A DNA stretch of 64,000 nt from an uncultured Haloferula sp. (GTDB taxonomy: Bacteria; Verrucomicrobiota; Verrucomicrobiia; Verrucomicrobiales; Akkermansiaceae). Both the position numbers and the translations under genes were made by a program. The notes under the pieces were generated by a model that saw nothing but the letters and a program-made list of their open reading frames with translations, had not been told where the DNA came from and did not search any database. Each line of letters opens with the position of its first letter. Position 1 is the stretch's first letter. Location of the stretch: positions 288,001 through 352,000 of the forward strand of contig CBFGTS010000002.1 in NCBI GenBank assembly GCA_965652295.1, read 5' to 3'. Of the stretch, positions 9,501-16,730 are shown one piece after another.

Positions 9501-9911
9501 TTCCCAACGCTCCAAGCTCGGGTCGAAATAGAGATAAAGCTGCACCTGCCGGACCTCCTCCACGACATCCATCACCTCGTGGGGCGGCCCCATTTCAACG
9601 AGAATCCGCCCGAGGTCATCGCGTTCGTAAAGCGTTTCCAAATTCAAGCCTCCGCCAGCCGGGGTGACCCAATTGCCGGGAGCGCCATCCCCATACGGTG
9701 ACGACGTATCCACATCCTCCACCCTCCGCGTCAGGGCACCGGTCAGCGGATCATACTCGTAACTGGTGATGAAGCCACGGGGGGACTTTTCCCAGTTCAG
9801 ACGACCGGACACTCCGAACACCTGCTGCACCTGATCCTGCACCCCGGTTCCTCCTGACCCGGGCGAAACCAAAGGCATCGAAATCCACTTCTCTTGAATC
9901 TGGTAACTCAT
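3600..9911 (-). CDS. RHS/YD-repeat polymorphic toxin (apparently permuted core, Ser/Gly linker, Cys-rich C-terminal toxin)
   Basis: Many YD repeats (YDxxGR), the RHS core end [34 protein letters not shown] (DQYGL at 4242-4256), a DUF6531-like [10 protein letters not shown] at ~8106 and an AT-rich tip. The likely start is ATG 9911 (MSYQIQ); the ORF track extends to TTG 9935. Confidence 0.9.
   Translation of the reverse strand: [2103 protein letters not shown]
8263..8442 (-). repeat. Ten tandem 18-bp units encoding (GGSS[GDN]S)n inside the RHS linker
   Basis: The + strand consensus CC(A/G)CTG(C/T)CCGAGGA(A/G)CC(G/A) is repeated 10 times from 8263. Confidence 0.95.
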
Positions 9912-9947
9912 TTGCTTTAAATCGGTTGAAATCAAAAATCTCCGTTT

Positions 9948-11012
9948 TCAGGCTGCCGAGGAGCTCCTCAGCTCGGCGCATCCCATGGTTCCTTCATTCA
10001 GGGCATGGGCGAACAAACCGTTGAAAGGGTAGCCGATCAGCTCATCGAGCTTCGCTTGACCCACATCCAGCACCGAACTGGACCAGCACGATCGCACCCT
10101 GCCCATCGGAATGGCCTCGTGTGAAATCCCCGGCACCAATTGCATGTCCATTGCTTCGCGCGCGATCAGCTGAAGCCACTTGCGCAGCTCCTCGTCACTT
10201 CCCACGCACGCATCGAGACCGATGTCCTCAAGGGTTCCTTCCTTCAGGTTGTTGCCGAAATGCACGAACTGCTTCAGCCGCTCCGCATCGTGCGAGCCCG
10301 GCTCCACCACAACGAAAGGCAGCCGCGAACTGAACCCGGAGAAATTCCACCACAGGCGAGGGTTGGTGCGTCCTGAAATGTTGCTCGAACCGGCTTCCTG
10401 GCCCGCCATCCACCACGTGGGCGCATAGGTCCGCCATCTTCCGGCCTCATGCGCCAACCCAAGCTGGTGGTCGATATGCCACCCGCCCCTCGCGATGTAG
10501 TCCGGCGCATAGCAGACGTGCTGCTGAAACTCCACCATGGCCCGCCGGTGCAGCGCGAACGCGTGGGTCCGGTTCACATTCGCGCAGCGAAACACGTAAG
10601 AGCTGCCGAGCACAGGATCGGGATCGCGCAGGTGCTGGCCACCCAGATAGATCTGCCCCCAGTCCCCGGGAACCTCGTGCATCAACCGCCAGAGAAGCTC
10701 CGGCGAGCGCTCGTGGAACACCACGTCATCCTCCAGAACCAGATAATTATCAATGCCATCCATGATCGCATCCTGGACGATTCTGACATGCGTCTGAAGA
10801 CATCCCCAGGCTCCGTTCCCGCCCTTGAAATACGCCGGCGGGGGACTCCAATCGCCCGACAGGGCACGGACCCAATGCAACCGGCTCACGTCCGCAATAT
10901 CCACTTCCGCCAGATGCTTCTCCAGTCTCGCGCGACGATCCTTCTTATAGGGAAGGTTGATCACGTACACCCGCTCGAAGTAGTCCGTAAGCCTTCCTCT
11001 TCTTGACATCAT
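9948..11012 (-). CDS. Glycosyltransferase family 25 (Lex2A/LPS-type) with C-terminal extension
   Basis: VYVINLPYKKDRRARL, GAWGCLQTH, LVLEDDV and THAFAL motifs. The stop lies 36 bp upstream of the RHS ATG. Confidence 0.8.
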   Translation of the reverse strand: MMSRRGRLTDYFERVYVINLPYKKDRRARLEKHLAEVDIADVSRLHWVRALSGDWSPPPAYFKGGNGAWGCLQTHVRIVQDAIMDGIDNYLVLEDDVVFHERSPELLWRLMHEVPGDWGQIYLGGQHLRDPDPVLGSSYVFRCANVNRTHAFALHRRAMVEFQQHVCYAPDYIARGGWHIDHQLGLAHEAGRWRTYAPTWWMAGQEAGSSNISGRTNPRLWWNFSGFSSRLPFVVVEPGSHDAERLKQFVHFGNNLKEGTLEDIGLDACVGSDEELRKWLQLIAREAMDMQLVPGISHEAIPMGRVRSCWSSSVLDVGQAKLDELIGYPFNGLFAHALNEGTMGCAELRSSSAA

Positions 11013-11148
11013 GCTCCACCCTCTATTGGACTTCGCTGCGTAGTGGCAAGAGTTTTTGATGAAGCCACTGAGATTTCATCATCCTGACCCACCACCATCA
11101 CCTCGGCACAAGCCCGCCGTCTTCCTCATAACTCTCGATTTATCAATC

Positions 11149-12051
11149 ATGTTTGAAAGTTACAAAATTGTTGCAGTCACCTGCTACGGGCGCCGCCGCT
11201 ACACCGAGCTTTTGACCCGCTACACCCGCAGCTGCCCCCTCATCGACACCCATCAGCTTTGGATCAACACCCGGAACCCCGACGATCTGGCAGAAGCGGA
11301 GCTCTACTGCAAGCAAGACCCTGGATTCTTCGAGCTCGTTCATTGTGAAGTGCCTTACGACCAGCTTTCCGGGTCGCACCGGCTCGCCTGCTTCTATCCT
11401 CTGCTCCCCTCCGCTCCGGACACCATCTACCTCCGGTTTGACGACGATATCGTCTGGATGGCGGACGACGCCGTTGAAAAGCTTCTAACCGCGAGGTTGG
11501 CAAACCCTCTGCCGCTCCTTGTGTACGCCAACACGATCAACAACTCGCTTTGCTCGCACCTCCATCAACGCCGGGGAGCACTGCCAGCGGTCCCGCACCT
11601 TGAATACGACTGCCTCGGCGCGAATTCCTGGCGAAACGCCGAAACCGCGAAGGTGATCCATCGCCTCTTCCTCGATCGTTTGGAATCCGGAGAACCCCCG
11701 ACGGACTTCCTTTTCGACAACCATTCCCTGGAATCCTACCAACGATGCTCCATCAACTGCATGGCTTGGTTCGGACGCGACAATCACGCCCTGAGATCCG
11801 GCGTCGCCCGGGACGAGGAGCACGAGCTTTCCTGTGTCATCCCGAGGCTGCTATGCCGGCCGAACCTCATCGCAGGCGATGCTTTGGTCAGTCACTTCGC
11901 CTACCACACCCAGAGGGCGTCGTTGGAACAGGATTCCTCGTTCCTCGAACGATACCGGGCTCTTGCGCCACCCCGGGCACCTGCCGGTCCTCGTCCGAAA
12001 CCTCGGAACCATCCCACGCTCCCTCTTCGTCGCGAAAGCGCCGCCGCCTGA
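11149..12051 (+). CDS. Putative GT-A-fold glycosyltransferase-like protein
   Basis: GRRRYTELL, YLRFDDDIVW (DxD-like), ANTINN, SINCMAW and VSHFAY motifs. Start placed at ATG 11149 (MFESYKIVAV). Confidence 0.55.
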   Translation: MFESYKIVAVTCYGRRRYTELLTRYTRSCPLIDTHQLWINTRNPDDLAEAELYCKQDPGFFELVHCEVPYDQLSGSHRLACFYPLLPSAPDTIYLRFDDDIVWMADDAVEKLLTARLANPLPLLVYANTINNSLCSHLHQRRGALPAVPHLEYDCLGANSWRNAETAKVIHRLFLDRLESGEPPTDFLFDNHSLESYQRCSINCMAWFGRDNHALRSGVARDEEHELSCVIPRLLCRPNLIAGDALVSHFAYHTQRASLEQDSSFLERYRALAPPRAPAGPRPKPRNHPTLPLRRESAAA

Positions 12052-12096
12052 GAGGGGCGATCCCCGTGTCATTCGTTCATTCTGTCTCCATCCATC

Positions 12097-13551
12097 ATGC
12101 AACACGTCGTCGTCCAGCAGCACCGGGGAGCCCGAACCTACCAATTCACCCACTGCTACGAAAACCGGGGCGAGGCGGTTCGCAACCTCGTCGAGGACAC
12201 GGTCGAGCGGTTCAATATCCGCGATGATTTCGAATTCTCGGTCTGCACCGAGGACCACTCGCATCCCGGCTGCGACTACCACTTTTCGGTCAGAAAGGGC
12301 GAGTATGCCGTCTCCTTTCCGCAGTTCCTTTTCGATGGCTGGCCGCATTGCGGGATCGCTAACTACGAGGAGGTCCGGAAATCGCTCACCGATGGTCCGC
12401 CGGACAGCAACAAGCTGGGATGGATCGGCAATCCCACCACTCATTGGAGACGCCGCAAGTTTCTGAACGATTTCTCCAACGCTGATTTCGCCGAAGGCAT
12501 TTCCAACATTTGGAACACCAGGGAAAGGGACGCTCAGTGGAGGAACACGCCGACCTACCTCTCGCTTCCCCAACAGATACAGCGCTGGAAATACCTCCTC
12601 GACATTGAAGGAGTCGGCTGGTCAGCCCGCCTCCCTCTTCTCCTGTCCTCCCCCAGGATCGTATTCATCGTCGAGCGGGACTGGGTGGAATGGTGGCATG
12701 AGCACTTGGTGCCGTGGAAGCATTTCGTTCCAATCGATCGCGATCTATCTTCGCTCGAAGAGGCCTACCACGCCGTCGAGTCGGACGAGGCACTCCAGAA
12801 GCACATTTCGCTCCATCAACGTGAATTCGCCCTGCGGCACCTCACCCGCGATGCGGCCCTTGAGCGGATCCGGCACCTTCTGTCGCAACGACTACAACCG
12901 CCGAGCGCCAAGGCGGCCACGTCCAAGAACGGTCAACCGCGAAGGAACCGGCTTACTCCTCGCAGCGTCGACACACGGGTCCGCTCGTGGAAAGATGTGC
13001 TGGAAGAGCAAGCCAAACCCTTCCGACTCGTCGTCGCATCCTACTCGGAGAATCTGGATTGGACGCAGGCGGTCCAAGGGCGTGTTTGTATTTATGATGC
13101 CTCGGGTCGATCTGATTTTCCGGGGGCCATCCCAATCGAGAACCGGGCAAGGGAAGCCAGCCAATACCTGCACCACATCATCACCCACTACCCTGATTTC
13201 CACGAGTGGGAGATCTTCGTGCAGGGAAACCCCTTCGATCACTGCAACGATCCCATCCTCCGTGGTGAGCCATTGCCGGAGAACTGGACACCTTTTCAGC
13301 CCTTGGGAAGAATGGCGGTGTTCAATCCACACCACTGTGCGCACGACCGGTTCGCGGCGCAATTCGCGCGCGAATGGTTCGGTGGGATACCGCGCAACCT
13401 CCACTGGGTGGTCGGCGCGCAGTTCGCGGTTCACCGGAAGGTGATCTTGAACCGCTCCCTCAGCTATTGGCAACGCCTTCATGCCAAGACCTGTGAGGAA
13501 CACAAAACGTCGCCATGGGCTTTGGAGCGCCTCTGGTTCCGGATTTTCTGA
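12097..13551 (+). CDS. GT90/CAP10-like glycosyltransferase fused to a DUF3431 domain
   Basis: N-half: LGWIGN, WKYLLDIEGVGWSARL, LVPWKHFVPI (CAP10/GT90). C-half: LVVASYSENLDW, NRAREASQYLHHIITHY, IFVQGNPFDH, GAQFAV, ALERLW (DUF3431). Confidence 0.7.
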   Translation: MQHVVVQQHRGARTYQFTHCYENRGEAVRNLVEDTVERFNIRDDFEFSVCTEDHSHPGCDYHFSVRKGEYAVSFPQFLFDGWPHCGIANYEEVRKSLTDGPPDSNKLGWIGNPTTHWRRRKFLNDFSNADFAEGISNIWNTRERDAQWRNTPTYLSLPQQIQRWKYLLDIEGVGWSARLPLLLSSPRIVFIVERDWVEWWHEHLVPWKHFVPIDRDLSSLEEAYHAVESDEALQKHISLHQREFALRHLTRDAALERIRHLLSQRLQPPSAKAATSKNGQPRRNRLTPRSVDTRVRSWKDVLEEQAKPFRLVVASYSENLDWTQAVQGRVCIYDASGRSDFPGAIPIENRAREASQYLHHIITHYPDFHEWEIFVQGNPFDHCNDPILRGEPLPENWTPFQPLGRMAVFNPHHCAHDRFAAQFAREWFGGIPRNLHWVVGAQFAVHRKVILNRSLSYWQRLHAKTCEEHKTSPWALERLWFRIF

Positions 13552-13605
13552 CCCACCGTCCTCCTCATTCGCCGGGTTGGAAGCCCCGGATCAGCTCCCG
13601 CCACC

Positions 13606-15258
13606 ATGAATTTCGCGATCATTCTCCACGGGCTCGTTCACCGGAGCCTTCCCCTCGTCGCCAGCAGCTTCAACGACAACCTCCTGAACCCGTTGCAGCC
13701 GCTCGGTTCCACCGACGTTTACTTCCATTCATGGGATACGGACCGGCTCGACAATCCACGGACAGGCGAGAATGACGTCCGCATCGAGCCTGGCTCGATC
13801 GACCGGTTTTTGGGAATGGCACAAGGTCGTCTCGAATCTCGATCGGCTTTCGACGCCACCATCGATTGGCAACCTTTGCTCGAGAGAAACCCGATGCGTC
13901 ACTGCACCGATAGTGAGGCAGCCGCACGAGTCACCTTGATGAACTACGTTCGGTCCCTCGAATCGCTACGCCGAGCATGGGAAATCTACCTGGAGAGGCG
14001 TGAAGTCCGACACGACTGGATCATCGTCACCCGGGCAGATCTCCGCTTTCTCCACCCTGTCTTTCTCCCAACTCTGGATGCCGGATTTTGCCCACCACCG
14101 GGAAGAGCCGACAGCGCCCCCCAAGACTCCACTCTCTGGGTCCCCGCATTTCAGGATTGGGGAGGTTTCAATGACCGGTTCGCGATCGGGCGGGAGCGGG
14201 AAATGGCAACCTATTCCCGCCGCTTTGATTTTGCCTTGCAATGGATCCGGGAAGGAAAAGGAGGGAATCCCCAAAGAATCCTGAAGCACTACCTTGAGTC
14301 GAAGGCCATTTCGACCCAGCAGATCGACCTCGCTTTCCAACGGGTCCGCGCCACAGGAGAAATCGCAGGATTCGACCGCGAGCTGAGTCCTGCCGACATT
14401 CCAGCGCCTGAACCTGCATCTTCCACAAAGAAGCAGCACCGAACCCACATTCCTGAATCCTTCGGCGACGCCATGGGCAAAACTCCACCGCAAACCCGGG
14501 ATCGATTCATCGTTCTCGCTCGTGAAGCCGGCCCGGCTGCCGGAAAGCTCGCGCGGATGTTGGCATACTGGGGAAAGGCGGAGATCGTCATTGATCGAGT
14601 AGAGGACCCTCCACCGTGCCCGGCCCCGTCTTCCCACGAGCCGGAGATCGTGTGGATCCCAGATGCCGAAGCCCGGGGGTTCGAGGGGCTGATGAGCGAC
14701 TCCGGTCCTTTCCCTGCCGTGACCGCTTGGTCCCGGGCTCTCGCTCACCTCAACCGCACCCTTTCAGACGGAGAATCGGTCTGGTTCGTTGAAGACGATG
14801 TCGCAGGGGACACGGAATCCTTCGACTGCCTAATCCGGCAAACCCAGGCATCGCTGCCCGATCTTGCCGCAACCACCATCAGGAGGCAGCAAGAAGACCC
14901 GGACTGGCCCTACTGGGGTTACTGTGAGGAGTTCTTCGACCATCATGTCCGCGCGTTCCAACCTCTATGCCGTCTGAGTTCACGCCTAATCCGGAAGGCA
15001 CTCGATTTTCGCGCACAACACGGGAGGTTCACCTTTCACGAGGTTCTTTTCCCCTCCGTCGCTCTCGAGCATTCCATGAGCCTCTTCTGCTGGGAAGATC
15101 ATCCCAGCCTGAAGCCCCTGCTTCACTCATTCCAGTATCGCCCCCTCGTCTCATCGATCTCCCGTGGGATCAGTCATCCCGTAAAGGACTCTTCAACCCT
15201 CTCAGCGATCTGCGATCTTCCATCCCCAAAGATGACTGTCTCTGGATGCGTCAGTTGA
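13606..15258 (+). CDS. Two-domain glycosyltransferase-like hypothetical protein
   Basis: Domain 1: AIILHG..RSL, DVYFHSW, IIVTRADL, NDRFAIG. A Pro-rich linker follows. Domain 2: WFVEDDV, CRLSSRL, FHEVLFPS, HPVK. Confidence 0.5.
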   Translation: MNFAIILHGLVHRSLPLVASSFNDNLLNPLQPLGSTDVYFHSWDTDRLDNPRTGENDVRIEPGSIDRFLGMAQGRLESRSAFDATIDWQPLLERNPMRHCTDSEAAARVTLMNYVRSLESLRRAWEIYLERREVRHDWIIVTRADLRFLHPVFLPTLDAGFCPPPGRADSAPQDSTLWVPAFQDWGGFNDRFAIGREREMATYSRRFDFALQWIREGKGGNPQRILKHYLESKAISTQQIDLAFQRVRATGEIAGFDRELSPADIPAPEPASSTKKQHRTHIPESFGDAMGKTPPQTRDRFIVLAREAGPAAGKLARMLAYWGKAEIVIDRVEDPPPCPAPSSHEPEIVWIPDAEARGFEGLMSDSGPFPAVTAWSRALAHLNRTLSDGESVWFVEDDVAGDTESFDCLIRQTQASLPDLAATTIRRQQEDPDWPYWGYCEEFFDHHVRAFQPLCRLSSRLIRKALDFRAQHGRFTFHEVLFPSVALEHSMSLFCWEDHPSLKPLLHSFQYRPLVSSISRGISHPVKDSSTLSAICDLPSPKMTVSGCVS

Positions 15259-15401
15259 TAGATCGAGGGCATCACGGCTCCATTTGGCACGCATCAGATG
15301 AACATGGATCTCTTGCACAGAGAAACGCAGAGGATTGAGACGATCCCTCGACCTCAACTCTTCCACGATTTCGTCACCACTTCAGCTGCCAGGGGGGAAA
15401 G

Positions 15402-15488
15402 AAGAGCGGCGGAATGTGTCCGCCGTGAGTGGTCCCTGTCGGCTGTCTTTCCCGGTGACTCCCGGCGAACGCGTTTCGCCGCTCCTTT
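15402..15488. repeat. Inverted REP-like doublet
   Basis: AAGAGCGGCGGAATGTGTCCGCCG ... CGGCGAACGCGTTTCGCCGCTCCTT. Each unit is a hairpin and the two are inverted relative to each other. Confidence 0.5.
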
Positions 15489-15652
15489 TAGCGATCCGCG
15501 ATCTCCCCCTCCTGCCGAGCGAGTTCGCGGCGAATTCGTTGTCATCCGGAGGCTGACGGATAGAGAATCGAACCAAGGCGTTATCTAGGATGCCGGAGGT
15601 CCTCTTCGACTCAAAAGATTGACCCAGCGTGAACGTTGAGGGATCACAAGCC

Positions 15653-16090
15653 ATGCAACTCCGACCCTACCACCCGGCCGACGAATCAGCAGTGATCGCG
15701 CTTTGGCGCGAATGCGGGCTGATCGTCCCCCAAAATGATCCGCACAAGGATATCGCCCGAAAGATGCAGGTGGCTCCGGAGCTCTTCATCGTCGGAGAGG
15801 CTGATGGGGAGATCGTTGGATCCTGCATGGCTGGATATGAAGGACATCGGGGATGGATCAACTATCTGGCGGTCCACCCTTCCCGGCAGCGCCGTGGCTA
15901 CGCAACGGATCTCATGCGGGAAGCGGAACGATTGTTGCGCTTGGCGGGATGCCCGAAGATCAACTTGCAGGTCCGCTCCTCGAATTCCCAGGTGATCGCC
16001 TTCTACGAGAGCCTTGGCTTCTCCAAGGATCCCGTGGTCAGTTTGGGGAAGCGTTTGGAGGACGAACTGGCGGAATCGAGCAAGGAATGA
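15653..16090 (+). CDS. GNAT family acetyltransferase (YpeA-like)
   Basis: MAGYEGHRGWINYLAVHP, QRRGYA (acetyl-CoA motif A), GCPKINLQVR and FYESLGF. Confidence 0.9.
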   Translation: MQLRPYHPADESAVIALWRECGLIVPQNDPHKDIARKMQVAPELFIVGEADGEIVGSCMAGYEGHRGWINYLAVHPSRQRRGYATDLMREAERLLRLAGCPKINLQVRSSNSQVIAFYESLGFSKDPVVSLGKRLEDELAESSKE

Positions 16091-16425
16091 CAGAACACCC
16101 TACCAGCGAGAACTCGACGACGTGGCGTTTCGGCCTCGCAGCTTGGATCGGCATTCCGCTGCTTCACCTCGTTTGGATAATGATTGACTGGAATCTCCGA
16201 GATCCGGAAAGACCGGTGCTTGGAGGGGTCCCTGCGGTGGCCACGACGGCATTTCAGTGGATCTCATTGACGGTGTTCTGTGTGTTGGTGGCAGCTTCGA
16301 CAGCCGGATTCCGGTCGAAACTGCTCCGAGTCCTCATCACCATCGCAGCCACGGGAGTGGCGGGTTTGGGGATGATTTTCGCGTGGCTATCCTACGTGAT
16401 CGGTGAAGGCATCGATACCTTGTAG
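16087..16425 (+). CDS. Small membrane protein
   Basis: ATGA overlap with the GNAT stop codon; three hydrophobic segments. Confidence 0.6.
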   Translation: MTEHPTSENSTTWRFGLAAWIGIPLLHLVWIMIDWNLRDPERPVLGGVPAVATTAFQWISLTVFCVLVAASTAGFRSKLLRVLITIAATGVAGLGMIFAWLSYVIGEGIDTL

Positions 16426-16535
16426 AACAAGGGAATGAACAAACCTGATGATTCGAAACAGGGCATCAGATTGTTGGTTTCGGGACGAGTGCTTCGTGGG
16501 GAGGCTCTCTAAAGAAGTAGCGGGCTGCCGGGGTT

Positions 16536-16659
16536 GTGGGACGGGGACGTCCCACCTCCTATGCGGCCCGAGGCTCCCTATCGCAAGGTTGAGACGCGGT
16601 GCCGGTTTCGTCGTTGGGCGCCCGGCGCGACCGACGGAACGCCCTGAAGGGCGCACTAC
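16536..16659 (-). repeat. Cluster of REP-like palindromes between convergent genes
   Basis: Minus strand GGAG+GTGGGACG-TCCC-CGTCCCAC (16536-16559) and GTAG-TG+CGCCC-TTCA-GGGCG (16640-16659): a tetranucleotide followed by a hairpin, as in REP sequences. Confidence 0.55.
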
Positions 16660-16730
16660 GAACCGAGGTGGCCGACTTCCGATGGATTTCAGCATCGGCG
16701 CGGCGCTCCGACGAGGCCGCTCCCCCACCT

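Noticed and set aside
9948..12051. Both divergent GT genes end in -AA (RSSSAA, RESAAA), resembling ClpXP degrons
   Set aside because: Ala-rich ends are common in high-GC genomes; two cases are not enough evidence.
15298..15654. Short ORFs between the GT cluster and the GNAT gene
   Set aside because: They have no motifs and overlap a REP-like palindrome, so the region is likely non-coding.
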